A stretch of 26,270 nucleotides of DNA from a virus (taxonomy: Duplodnaviria; Caudoviricetes), in the IMG/VR virus record IMGVR_UViG_3300046779_000104, positions 1 to 26,270 of that record; one strand, 5' to 3'. The position numbers and the translations under genes were made by a program. This document shows, in pieces, positions 16,603 to 25,390 of the stretch. Below the pieces are notes generated by a model that did not search any database, was not told the origin of the DNA, and worked only from the letters and a program-made list of their open reading frames with translations. Position 1 is the stretch's first letter. Each line of letters starts with the position of its first letter.

Positions 16603-16983
16603 TTACTGACGCCAGGTGTAACCTAGGCGCTCAAGGTACGCAGCCAGTTCACGAGGAACCGAGTACTTAACTCCAGCCTTAAAGGTGTAACTCTGCGGAG
16701 TACCGTTGATTACACCATAAGTCATGTCTTCAATGTCCGAGATAGTACGAATAACTACCTTGTCGTTGTTGACCGATACGCCGACTTCTTCAATCTCATC
16801 AATCAAGAGTGGAGCGTCTGGCTTCTTCGGGTCAAAAACTGCTGTCTCTAGCAGTTCTGCCTCCTGAGCACGAGAAATAGAAATCTCGTCCTTACGCTTA
16901 GCAAGTTCTTCAGCGTTCTGCTTTGCAGCCATTTCTGCTGCTCGGCCTGTCATGTCCTGAGGACTAGTTGGTTTAGTTGCCAC
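16603..16983 (-). CDS. Capsid-adjacent hypothetical protein (126 aa)
   Basis: GTG start with AGGA SD after an A/C-rich leader; directly follows the capsid gene. Confidence 0.75.
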   Translation of the reverse strand: MATKPTSPQDMTGRAAEMAAKQNAEELAKRKDEISISRAQEAELLETAVFDPKKPDAPLLIDEIEEVGVSVNNDKVVIRTISDIEDMTYGVINGTPQSYTFKAGVKYSVPRELAAYLERLGYTWRQ

Positions 16984-17026
16984 GATGTTTGTCTTCCTGT
17001 TTGGTTATTTGTTTATTTGTTTGTGT

Positions 17027-17054
17027 AGGGAGCGGGGCCGAAGCCCCGCCCCCT
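17027..17054 (-). other. GC-rich cUUCGg hairpin after the capsid stop (mRNA stabiliser or U-less terminator)
   Basis: AGGGGGCGGGGC-TTCG-GCCCCGCTCCCT with no U-tract after it. Confidence 0.7.
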
Positions 17055-17071
17055 TCACGAGGGTTTGGCTA

Positions 17072-18199
17072 TTAGTTGGTGTAAACCTTGTTGATAGCCT
17101 GGTCAGTGATGATACCTAGACCCCAGATTGAGTACCAAGCGAGGGCGTGCTCACGACCAAAGTCAAGAACACCACCGTCACGAAGTTCAACTGGAAGCGA
17201 GATAGCGTGACCGAAAGCGTTGTCACCAATCATAATCGATTCGTAGACATCAGCCGAGTTACCAGTTGCACCAGTGAAGTAACCAGTAGCCTCAGTTGGG
17301 TTCTCTGGGTTACCACCAGTACCACGACCAGTGTTTGGAAGCACTGGAACCGAACCAGCGTTAGCAGGAGCGCCAACTAGGTCCGAGGTGGTGTAGCCAG
17401 CCTGGCCGCCAGCCAACTTCTTGACCTGAGTGGTCTCGATGAATACGACGTCGTATAGACGACCGATTTCACCTAGCATGAAGTTACCTGGAGCAGCGTA
17501 CTTGGTGACTTCAATGAACTCTGGGTTCGAGCGAAGGTCACGGCTCTGCTTAGGGTGGATGAACTGGACGTAGGTCTCACCAATGCGAGGAATGTTCTTG
17601 CTCGCTAGAACAAGAGCCGAGTCCTTGATTGCACCAGTGGTCAACTTGTAGTTACCGTCAAGAGCAGCAATGCCCGAACCAACGGTACCTTCGTCGTAGT
17701 TGGTGAATGCTCCACCAGAGATGCCCGAACGGTCGTAACCGAAGGTTGCCGAAGTAGCAGCCGACAGGGTGTCACGAGCCTGAACGTCTAGGTACTGAGC
17801 CATGTGGCGACCTAGAAGACGTGAAGCCGATGCCATAACGTCGTCGAACGAAGCGTTCAGAAGCAGTTCAGAAACTGCAACTGCGTAGCCGTGCTCAGCA
17901 ACGGTGATAGCAATCTGCTCTGCAGTCAGAGCGTTGGTGGTCATACGAACACCCTCGGTTAGTGGAGTTGGGTCCACCGAGAAGTTCTTGTAACGGAGGA
18001 AGTTAACACGTAGACCAGGGGCAACGCCAAGTTCAGTCTTCTTAACAGCGAACTGCTCGAAGCGTAGGATTGGCATGGCCTGGAATAGGATTTCCTTCGA
18101 CCAGATGGTTTGAATAGCCTGCGATAGTTGGCTGTTCGAACCCGAGTAAGCGGTTGGAGCCGATGCGAGTTGGCTCGAACCTGTAATAGCAGATGCCAT
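17072..18199 (-). CDS. Major capsid protein, N4-gp56 type (375 aa)
   Basis: LTEGV, IHP.Q..DL, GEIGRLYDVVFIET, GDNAFG and DFGR motifs; follows the scaffold; SD GAAAGGA. Confidence 0.92.
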   Translation of the reverse strand: MASAITGSSQLASAPTAYSGSNSQLSQAIQTIWSKEILFQAMPILRFEQFAVKKTELGVAPGLRVNFLRYKNFSVDPTPLTEGVRMTTNALTAEQIAITVAEHGYAVAVSELLLNASFDDVMASASRLLGRHMAQYLDVQARDTLSAATSATFGYDRSGISGGAFTNYDEGTVGSGIAALDGNYKLTTGAIKDSALVLASKNIPRIGETYVQFIHPKQSRDLRSNPEFIEVTKYAAPGNFMLGEIGRLYDVVFIETTQVKKLAGGQAGYTTSDLVGAPANAGSVPVLPNTGRGTGGNPENPTEATGYFTGATGNSADVYESIMIGDNAFGHAISLPVELRDGGVLDFGREHALAWYSIWGLGIITDQAINKVYTN

Positions 18200-18235
18200 T
18201 AGGGTGTGTCCTTTCAGAGACGGTTATTTGGGAGG

Positions 18236-19003
18236 TTAGTTAAAAAGACCCTGACCTCGGTTGTTACTTGCCGAGCCAAGTAGTTTGGCACGGTGTTTTG
18301 CATACTCAGCCTGAGACATGTTAGCGATGGCTTCAGGGGTGAGGTTGCTTTGCGACGAGTCGTTGTCTAGGGGGCCGCTGGAAGGAATCGTAATGCGAGT
18401 TCCGACCATTTCCTTGCGAGTCTGCTGCGATGCTGCTGCAACTGATTCGAAGATTTTCTGAGAACGAGAGGTGAGGTCAGCGATGCTTTGCTCAATCTCA
18501 TCCTTAGTGTTACCAGAAATTAGGTCAATAAGTTCTGGAACAATGTTGTTCCGCTCAGCCTCAAGACGCTGAGAACGGTACTGCTGAAGTTCCTGGAATT
18601 TACGTTCCTGGTCAAGAAGAGCAAAAGCCTTCTCACGCTCGGCACGTTCAGACTCTAGTTGAGCCTGCCATTCCTGTTCCTTCTTAGCAAGGAGGTCACG
18701 AACCTCAAGTTCGGCTTCCTCCTGCTTTTTACGCTCAGCGGCTGCCTCAGCCTCACGGGCTGCACGGGCTGCTTTGCGCTCGGCTTCCTTAGCCTCTCGC
18801 TCCTGCTCCTTAGAACGGAGTAGAGCAAGTTCCTCCTGCAACTTCTCCATCTGAGGGTACAACTTAGCCTTCTCCTGTGCACGAGCCTTCTGAATTGCTT
18901 CAGCGACATCGTTGGTGTTTGGCAGTAGTTCTTCCTCAGCAGCGAATGCTTCAGGGGTTTCGGTAACTTCAGTTACCTCTGGGGTGTTTTCCAAATCAGC
19001 CAT
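18236..19003 (-). CDS. Capsid scaffolding protein (255 aa)
   Basis: Acidic N-terminus, long E/K/A/R coiled coil, C-terminal IANMSQAEYAKHR helix; located between portal and capsid. Confidence 0.85.
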   Translation of the reverse strand: MADLENTPEVTEVTETPEAFAAEEELLPNTNDVAEAIQKARAQEKAKLYPQMEKLQEELALLRSKEQEREAKEAERKAARAAREAEAAAERKKQEEAELEVRDLLAKKEQEWQAQLESERAEREKAFALLDQERKFQELQQYRSQRLEAERNNIVPELIDLISGNTKDEIEQSIADLTSRSQKIFESVAAASQQTRKEMVGTRITIPSSGPLDNDSSQSNLTPEAIANMSQAEYAKHRAKLLGSASNNRGQGLFN

Positions 19004-19078
19004 AAGGCTAACCTCTTTTCATCGTCGTGGTCGTTTTCCGTATGAGTGTCACATGACCTTGTCAGTTATTACATAACA

Positions 19079-19108
19079 AGTTTCACTGTATAAATGAACC
19101 TTGTCTCG
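19079..19108 (-). promoter_or_regulatory. Candidate promoter CGAGACA-N17-GAAACT upstream of scaffold/capsid
   Basis: Shares AGACA-N17-GAAACT exactly with 21650-21679. Confidence 0.6.
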
Positions 19109-19127
19109 GTAAAAGAAAAACTTTTAC

Positions 19128-20852
19128 CTAATCTTTGTCTACTGTCCTACGGGTAGGAACTTGAGTGCCGTAGGCACCCTGCAACAAAGAATCTCTTATC
19201 TGGTCTTCAGCAGCCAAGTTCTGCATAGCGTTCTGGTCCTGCTCAGGTGTAGCAGAGCCTTGTGTACCGCCAACACCATCGCCTAGGACTTCTCCATTAC
19301 CCATCATCATTGGGTCCATAGGAGTAGCCGAACCATCAGGACCAACCATCATTCCAGTTAGGTCCATCAACTGCTTAGTAATCTGAGCCTTAACAAGGTT
19401 GACTGAGCCTTCGTGCTGAGCATCCTCGATAAGTTCCTGACGAATCTCTTCAAGTTTCTCTTCAGGGAACTCTTCGCCAAGGGCACGCAGTGCGCCTTCC
19501 TTAGACTCAAGACCCATCGACATCTTCTGCGCCAACTCGTTCAAGAGAACAATCTTGTCTAGAGGTAGCGGTGGTGGGAAGTGTGCGTAGGTTACGTACG
19601 TTAGTGGGTCGTTAGGGTCCAGTTGAGTAAGTTGACCTTGGTCAATAGGTCCATCCTCGTCTGGGTTGTAAACGAAAGTCTGTGGCTCTTTAATGGCGAG
19701 GTTAAGGAGGATTAGTTCGTTAATCTCCTGCAGACCCTTACCGTACTGAGAAATCTTCTGCGAGTAACGGTTCATCAAAGGCTGGAACTGAATCGAAAGC
19801 GCAACACCCGAAGTGTTAGAAATTGGCTGAACCTGACCCAAAGCAGTCTCTGGGATGTTCATGATTTCGTGCATCGAACGCTTCAACATCTCAAGGTACT
19901 GTAGAGCGCCCTGTAGACCTGCTCCACCGCCTTCTAGGTTGAATACCTGAGCATCCTTAGGTAGACCACCCCAAACCTTCTTAGCGCCCTTCTCGAGGTT
20001 CGAAGCCTTAGCACCAACGATAACTGTCACAGGGGCAGCGTGGTAGTTGATGATGTCGGCAACGTCAGTAGAGATTTCGTTGTACGAGCGGTTTAGGGTA
20101 ATGATGTCCTGTGAATCCGACAGACCCCATGGCGAACCAGATACTGGAATGTTAGGGATGTGTACGACAGGAATCTTACCCAGTGGGTTTGGGCGGCTGT
20201 CGATAAGTTCATCGTTGATGTACTCTTCGATAATGTCATCGGTCAGAATCTCAACATAGGTAAAGACCTGACGGGTTCCTTCTAGCGAGGTTCCCCAGAA
20301 GCGGTACTTCTGCTTAAATCTGAGTAGACGGCTACGGTCATGTGGGTGGAACTCTGGGAAAGCAAACGCAGAGTTCAAAGGTAGGATACGGACACGACCT
20401 GGGTGTAGACGACCAACGCTGTCTTCCCACGCCTCTTCGTAAGCGACCTTTACAAAGCAGTCTCCAGTGATGGAACCAAGTTGCCCCATCTCAAGTAGGA
20501 CACGCTGCTTGTCGTTGTCAATCTCCCAGACTCTTTCAAGTCTGTTTGGAACGATAGCGCCAGTAGCCTTTGGGCTTCGGAAGTGAACTCCGTTACCAAA
20601 AGTAAACCTGTTTAGGTAGTCGGTAAATGCACGGTAGTAGTTAAACGACATCTGCATTTCGCCCTGCTCACGGCGGTAACCCCAGTGGTGGCCAAGGTAC
20701 ATAGCCCAGTTGAGCGAGTAACGGTTTAGACGAGGACCGTGAACCTCAAACTCTTCGTCAGCAAGTTCTACCAGACCCAACGGAGAAATAGAAATTGTTA
20801 GGTCTGATGATGCCGCCCTATAAGAAGGAGCAGAAAAGTCAGCGAATGACAT
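19128..20852 (-). CDS. Portal protein (SPP1 gp6-like, 574 aa)
   Basis: ITGDCFVKV, NPLGKIPVVHIPN, WGLSD and NTSGVAL motifs; between terminase and scaffold. Confidence 0.92.
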   Translation of the reverse strand: MSFADFSAPSYRAASSDLTISISPLGLVELADEEFEVHGPRLNRYSLNWAMYLGHHWGYRREQGEMQMSFNYYRAFTDYLNRFTFGNGVHFRSPKATGAIVPNRLERVWEIDNDKQRVLLEMGQLGSITGDCFVKVAYEEAWEDSVGRLHPGRVRILPLNSAFAFPEFHPHDRSRLLRFKQKYRFWGTSLEGTRQVFTYVEILTDDIIEEYINDELIDSRPNPLGKIPVVHIPNIPVSGSPWGLSDSQDIITLNRSYNEISTDVADIINYHAAPVTVIVGAKASNLEKGAKKVWGGLPKDAQVFNLEGGGAGLQGALQYLEMLKRSMHEIMNIPETALGQVQPISNTSGVALSIQFQPLMNRYSQKISQYGKGLQEINELILLNLAIKEPQTFVYNPDEDGPIDQGQLTQLDPNDPLTYVTYAHFPPPLPLDKIVLLNELAQKMSMGLESKEGALRALGEEFPEEKLEEIRQELIEDAQHEGSVNLVKAQITKQLMDLTGMMVGPDGSATPMDPMMMGNGEVLGDGVGGTQGSATPEQDQNAMQNLAAEDQIRDSLLQGAYGTQVPTRRTVDKD

Positions 20853-21130
20853 TACTTATCTCCATGTTTCTTCTTGCCCTCATCCTTTTTGTGGTCACGT
20901 GCATCGTGGTTATTGTGTGCACGCTTCTCTTTAAGTCTACGCTGATACATCTCTTGAAGTATGCGCTTACGTCGTGTGTGGTCATTGCTATCTTCAAACT
21001 TACCACCAAGTTCGATGTAGCGCTGGTGAACCCATGCACTAGCACCTGGAGATGGATAAGGATGATACTTCAGTTTAGCCTGAAAGATGACCATCGTCCA
21101 GAGTTTTTCATTTACTGGCTTTTCTGCCAT
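20852..21130 (-). CDS. Small basic hypothetical protein (92 aa)
   Basis: SD AGGAG; TAATG-coupled to the portal; YPSPGASAWVHQRYIELGGKF motif plus an H/K/R-rich tail. Confidence 0.75.
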   Translation of the reverse strand: MAEKPVNEKLWTMVIFQAKLKYHPYPSPGASAWVHQRYIELGGKFEDSNDHTRRKRILQEMYQRRLKEKRAHNNHDARDHKKDEGKKKHGDK

Positions 21131-21147
21131 TGAGTAACTCCTACGAT

Positions 21148-21192
21148 AACCGAAAGCCTTCCCCGCACAGAGAACTCATGTACGGGGAGGGC
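21148..21192 (-). terminator. Probable terminator/attenuator hairpin
   Basis: Minus strand GCCCTCCCCGTACA...TGTGCGGGGAAGGC followed by TTTCGGTT. Confidence 0.6.
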
Positions 21193-21204
21193 AAACGGAA
21201 TTGA

Positions 21205-21600
21205 CTAGTCCTGAACGACAGTTGGGTTCATACGCATGGTGCGTCCACCCGAAACCAACTTGGTCTCAACAACCTGCTCAGCGTTGTTCGAGAACGAACC
21301 GTGTGCAAACTCGCCAAGGAAGGTTGGGGCTTCAATCCATGCAGCCGAACCTACGTGGGCACGCTCTGAGAGAGTCTCAGCAGCGGTCTTCTGCCATACA
21401 GGTGCGTTGCGGTTTGGGCGACCAGGAGCAGCAGCAAAGCCGCTCATGATGCCGTTCTCGAAGTCGGTTGGAACGTCAGTGTCTGTTGCTACGCCTTCTT
21501 CAAAACGTAGTGGGCCACGACGCTCTAGGTTCTCGGCAATCTTGCGCTCGTAAACCTGTGGCGACTTCTCAGGGAACTGGGGTGCTGGGGCGATACCCAT
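21205..21600 (-). CDS. Hypothetical protein, probably highly expressed (131 aa)
   Basis: SD TAAGGAG, with its own candidate promoter and downstream hairpin. Confidence 0.78.
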   Translation of the reverse strand: MGIAPAPQFPEKSPQVYERKIAENLERRGPLRFEEGVATDTDVPTDFENGIMSGFAAAPGRPNRNAPVWQKTAAETLSERAHVGSAAWIEAPTFLGEFAHGSFSNNAEQVVETKLVSGGRTMRMNPTVVQD

Positions 21601-21649
21601 AGGTACTCCTTAAAGGTTGAAATGGAAAACTCGAGTATTTCCAGTTACT

Positions 21650-21679
21650 AGTTTCGCTATTTAGAGGCCGTATGTCTGG
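21650..21679 (-). promoter_or_regulatory. Candidate promoter CCAGACA-N17-GAAACT
   Basis: Immediately after the terminase stop; matches the 19079-19108 site. Confidence 0.6.
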
Positions 21680-23296
21680 CTAAAAGAAAACATTGTTAGA
21701 AACTTCTACATTCGGCATAACAAGTTCTTGAGTCAAAGAACAAGCAATAGCCAACGAGTCAACGTAGTCGTCGTGGGCGTACGCCTCTTGTGGTGCGGAA
21801 ACTAGGAAGTTTGGGCCCTTGAACTGCACCTCAGCGTCAGTCATCTGCTGGTAGAACCGCTTCCAAATACGTAGGCGACGAGTCTTAGCATGTGCTGGAT
21901 AACTTAAGGAGCCACGCTGGATTAGTGCCTGCAGGTGCTTGAATCTCTTAGACTGCTCCGACTGACTCGAAGTAAGGGAGACAACCTCGGCACGAGGCAT
22001 CAGCACCTTAAGTCGCTGCGCTACTGCGTCACCAACACCGTTGGCATCTACACCAATAGCGAGACAGTCATAGTTGCTGAGAAAGTTAACAATCTGGTAG
22101 TACTGCTCTTCCCAGTCATCGCCCTGAAGTTCGAGCCAGTTAAGCACACGGTGGTCAAAGTAACCGAACTCATCAGGTCGGTCCCAGTCGACCCACACCA
22201 CAGTCACGATAGTGGAGTCCATCTTACGGGCAGGGTCAATACCAACCACCACAGGTGTTTGGTGCCACTGCTTCACAAGTTCCTGTGAAGTATCGCCCAG
22301 TTCATCCATGACGCTTGACGTAACGAACATGCCTCGCTCAAGAAGCCACTTGCAGTTGTACGACATCTGAAACTCGTCAGAGTCCTCGCCAATACGCAGC
22401 ATCTCCTTGCGAATGTGCTTACCGTAGTTAGCGTTAACTTTCTCAACCTCTTTCCAGTCCCACTGGTAGTGGTTCTGCTTTGCTTTGCGCCCAGTCTGCT
22501 TACGCTTGTTCAACTGGATAGAGCGGTAAAAGTTATTCTTCGAGGTTGTTGGGGTGCCAGTCTTAACCATGGTTCCCGCATAGTACGCCATCATCGGAGC
22601 AATAGACTTGTCCACTACAAAGTCGTCCGCTTCCTGACACTCGTCAATAACGATAAGGTGGAACGACTTCGACTCAATCTTGGCTCGAGGGTTAGCAGTC
22701 ATCATGGTCATGGTGGAACCAGACTTCTTTAGTTTGATGGTCTTAGTCACACCACCAATACGTGCCGCCTGGTCGTCAATCTCAGGGTCGCCCAGAACTT
22801 CAAGGGCTCTTTCAGACGTTAGACGGTTCACAGTTCGACCAAAGAGAGTTTCAGCCTGACCCTCAGTGGGGGCAAACAGACCCACCCAAATGCCATCCTT
22901 AAAACGCCCCAGTAGGTCTGGGTACAAGGTGGCAAGTCTAGGCAGCAGCACCATTAGGGTGGCTACTGTGTCAGCGATAGTTTCAGACTTTCCTGACTGA
23001 CGTGCAGCCAGGGCGGTTATTTCGGAGCCGTCATTCACGATGACAGACTCCATAACTCTTCGAGCCAAAGGCTTCTGGTACGGGTGCAGGTCGTGACCAA
23101 CTAGGACAACCATGAAGTCCATGATTTTGTCCACTAGTCTGTCTACAAAGTCTTGAGTAAGTTCGTCGACTTCTTCTGCAGCGTTGAGAAGGTCAATGTT
23201 ATCTTCTTCATCATCGTGCTCCTCCTGATAAAACTCAGGGGTGATTTCCTCGAATTTTTCGTAAAACTCTTCTTCGGTCATTCCCTCGTTAGTCAT
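21680..23296 (-). CDS. terL: Terminase large subunit (about 538 aa)
   Basis: Walker A ARQSGKS, Walker B LIVIDE, TGTP coupling motif, nuclease motifs GIDPA, DANGVG and HDDYVDS. Start revised to ATG 23296 (GAGG SD). Confidence 0.95.
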   Translation of the reverse strand: MTNEGMTEEEFYEKFEEITPEFYQEEHDDEEDNIDLLNAAEEVDELTQDFVDRLVDKIMDFMVVLVGHDLHPYQKPLARRVMESVIVNDGSEITALAARQSGKSETIADTVATLMVLLPRLATLYPDLLGRFKDGIWVGLFAPTEGQAETLFGRTVNRLTSERALEVLGDPEIDDQAARIGGVTKTIKLKKSGSTMTMMTANPRAKIESKSFHLIVIDECQEADDFVVDKSIAPMMAYYAGTMVKTGTPTTSKNNFYRSIQLNKRKQTGRKAKQNHYQWDWKEVEKVNANYGKHIRKEMLRIGEDSDEFQMSYNCKWLLERGMFVTSSVMDELGDTSQELVKQWHQTPVVVGIDPARKMDSTIVTVVWVDWDRPDEFGYFDHRVLNWLELQGDDWEEQYYQIVNFLSNYDCLAIGVDANGVGDAVAQRLKVLMPRAEVVSLTSSQSEQSKRFKHLQALIQRGSLSYPAHAKTRRLRIWKRFYQQMTDAEVQFKGPNFLVSAPQEAYAHDDYVDSLAIACSLTQELVMPNVEVSNNVFF

Positions 23297-23528
23297 TAGA
23301 CCTCTTCTGTAGTTCACGGACAATCGCCAACAACGCTTCAGCGCCAAGTTCCGCCTCATACAAGGCGTCAGCATTCTTGTCCCTCTGGTGGTGAGTAATC
23401 TCTTTACCGATTACGTATAGGGCGTTCTCTGCCCAAAGAATCAAATCATACGTCCCAATAGTCGAGACCCTCTTCTCGATTCGGGACTTTGGCTGGTTGC
23501 CATCCTTTTTCTTCCGAAAAATCTTCAT
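23289..23528 (-). CDS. Small helical hypothetical protein upstream of terL (79 aa)
   Basis: Overlaps the terL start; terminase small subunit is possible from position but no motif supports it. Confidence 0.6.
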   Translation of the reverse strand: MKIFRKKKDGNQPKSRIEKRVSTIGTYDLILWAENALYVIGKEITHHQRDKNADALYEAELGAEALLAIVRELQKRSND

Positions 23529-23772
23529 CTGTTAGTACCCGTCCTTGCATAGCGGTATTGAGTGCGGTTTCTTCATCTGGTTGTGTTCCTGTCCATTTAC
23601 CGATAACTAAAACTCGGTAAAACGGCAATCTAATCATAAGCGGTTTTGAAAGTCGGAAGGGGTATTCAATTTCTTGAGTTTCGCCACGTACAGCAAACTT
23701 CCACCCCCACTTGACTGGAAGTCTGAAGTATTGGACGAAGTGTTGTTTTCCGATGTTGTGGACCTTTGGCAT
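23446..23772 (-). CDS. Hypothetical protein (108 aa)
   Basis: ATG three nt after the upstream stop; same strand as the operon. Confidence 0.65.
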   Translation of the reverse strand: MPKVHNIGKQHFVQYFRLPVKWGWKFAVRGETQEIEYPFRLSKPLMIRLPFYRVLVIGKWTGTQPDEETALNTAMQGRVLTDEDFSEEKGWQPAKVPNREEGLDYWDV

Positions 23773-23775
23773 TAA

Positions 23776-24585
23776 TTAACTTGCTTTCCGATTACCTTTT
23801 GCCGATGGACGTGCTGCTGCTTTTCTAGCAGAAGTTCTAGGTTTATCTGACCTGACTCTGTTTCTAACTTCCATTGTACCCGCAGGCGACTTGCTTTGGA
23901 ATAATGTAGCAGTTTGAGTAGTACGGCCCCTCTTAGGCTGACGGAAGGGCATGAGTTGGTTGGTACGGGCAACACGGTAAAGTGCGGCACGAATAGCGGG
24001 GTCGACGTTCTCCATGTCCCCAGCGTCGCCTCGAGGCTTGTTAACGAACAGTCCGTCACCAGATTGTGACTTACTGGCTTTGTTTAGCCATGGGCGACCC
24101 TTTGAATACGAGGCGTGGAAGTTAGCCCATTCACCATGGGTTACTTCGTAGTAGTTGTAGAACGTGCCATCACGGAAAACAACAGTCAGAATACCCTTGT
24201 CGCTCTCTGGGTAGTTAGGGTCTGGGCTGTATCCAGCGGCTACAGTTCTTGGTCTTTTGTAGTTTGTCGAAGAGGTTGGGATGTCCCACTGCACAACGTT
24301 GCGAGTAAAAGCGGACTCTGTGCCGTACTCGTCAGCCTGCGCCTGTGTGTAGTCTTGGCTACGGTCATACGACCTAGGGTTGTAAAACTGCCCTGAATCC
24401 TGGAACCCTTGCTCCTGGTCAGCAGCAGTAGTCTGGTCGCTGTACACTCTACCAGCCAAACGGCCAGGAGTAGTTCTGCGGTCTATAAACAACTGGGCAG
24501 GGTCACCCGTGAAGTATTTCATGAGTGCGGCAGTTTCACCACGAGAAGGGTATTTTGCGCCTCTAGGCACACCTTCATTCGCCAT
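23776..24585 (-). CDS. KTSC-domain protein with a basic C-terminal tail (269 aa)
   Basis: AAGY...LTVVFRDGTFYNYYEV..EWANFHASYSKG matches the KTSC pattern; SD AGGAG. Confidence 0.75.
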   Translation of the reverse strand: MANEGVPRGAKYPSRGETAALMKYFTGDPAQLFIDRRTTPGRLAGRVYSDQTTAADQEQGFQDSGQFYNPRSYDRSQDYTQAQADEYGTESAFTRNVVQWDIPTSSTNYKRPRTVAAGYSPDPNYPESDKGILTVVFRDGTFYNYYEVTHGEWANFHASYSKGRPWLNKASKSQSGDGLFVNKPRGDAGDMENVDPAIRAALYRVARTNQLMPFRQPKRGRTTQTATLFQSKSPAGTMEVRNRVRSDKPRTSARKAAARPSAKGNRKAS

Positions 24586-24594
24586 GACTCTCCT

Positions 24595-24642
24595 AAAAAC
24601 AAATAGACCGTGCTACCAGTGTATCGGCAGCACGGTCTATTT
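24595..24642 (-). terminator. Intrinsic terminator after the PASTA-like gene
   Basis: Perfect 14-bp stem AAATAGACCGTGCT/AGCACGGTCTATTT followed by GTTTTT. Confidence 0.78.
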
Positions 24643-24651
24643 AAGGGTTAA

Positions 24652-25335
24652 TTAACTAGCGGCAGCGTAAGCAACGATAGTGATAGCGTCGCCAACCTCA
24701 ACCTCGTCAGCACCAGCAGCAATCGACTGGGTCTTAACGGTACCAGCAACACCGAAGATGTTGCCTGTCTCGTTGATTCCAGTGGTGTCTGCTACGGTGA
24801 ATCCAGTACCAGCAATGGTAATGGTGCTCGATGTTGCAGCAGTTACGGTCCAGGTACCAAGTGCGTACGATGGAAGGTTAACTGGAGTACCGCCGTCTGG
24901 GGTACCTGCAGCAAGAGTGACCTTGCTTCCTACTGGGTAAGCGGTGCTTGCCGAAGTGGTGTAAACAACTGCAACAGTGGCCGAAGTGGCGTTGAAGCGA
25001 GTTACGTTCTTCTTGGCGTTGGTAGCAGCCGAACCAGCAGTAACAACAAGACCTGCATCCTCAAGGATGTCGGTTGCGTTAGCAGTAGTCTCACCGATTA
25101 CGCTACGAACTACGATGAAACCAGCGCCCTCTGCACCCTCAGTGTTAGGGGTGTAAAGTGGGTAGCCGTTCCAGCCTTCGTAAGCGATGCTGTGGTTGTC
25201 AAGAGTAGCGTCGAGTAGACCGCCGCCGTTCTCTTCACGGACGTCGTTTGGCTGTAGTGGGAAGTTACCCCATACAAAGTCAACGACTACGTTACCTGCG
25301 TCATCAAGCAGGTTTCCGTTTTCATTTGTTGCCAT
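24652..25335 (-). CDS. Putative virion protein with a PASTA-like domain interrupted by an inserted beta domain (227 aa)
   Basis: VRSVIGETTANATDILEDAGLVV (PASTA N half) and GTVKTQSIAAG..VEVGDAITIV (PASTA C half), separated by about 95 aa. Confidence 0.68.
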   Translation of the reverse strand: MATNENGNLLDDAGNVVVDFVWGNFPLQPNDVREENGGGLLDATLDNHSIAYEGWNGYPLYTPNTEGAEGAGFIVVRSVIGETTANATDILEDAGLVVTAGSAATNAKKNVTRFNATSATVAVVYTTSASTAYPVGSKVTLAAGTPDGGTPVNLPSYALGTWTVTAATSSTITIAGTGFTVADTTGINETGNIFGVAGTVKTQSIAAGADEVEVGDAITIVAYAAAS

Positions 25336-25390
25336 GATTTTTTCTTTCTCTAGAGTTGTGTGTTACACATTCCCCGTGCACGGGGGAAAC

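Noticed and set aside
23297-23374. Longer N-termini given by the track for terL, and likewise for the ORFs starting at 10670, 8284, 7652 and 6707
   Set aside because: These extensions overlap upstream genes or leaders; downstream ATGs have SD sequences or coupling geometry.
24618-24647. Sixth promoter CCTTAAA-N17-TACACT inside the terminator hairpin
   Set aside because: The -10 box is good but the upstream box lacks the conserved G, so it is too weak to call.
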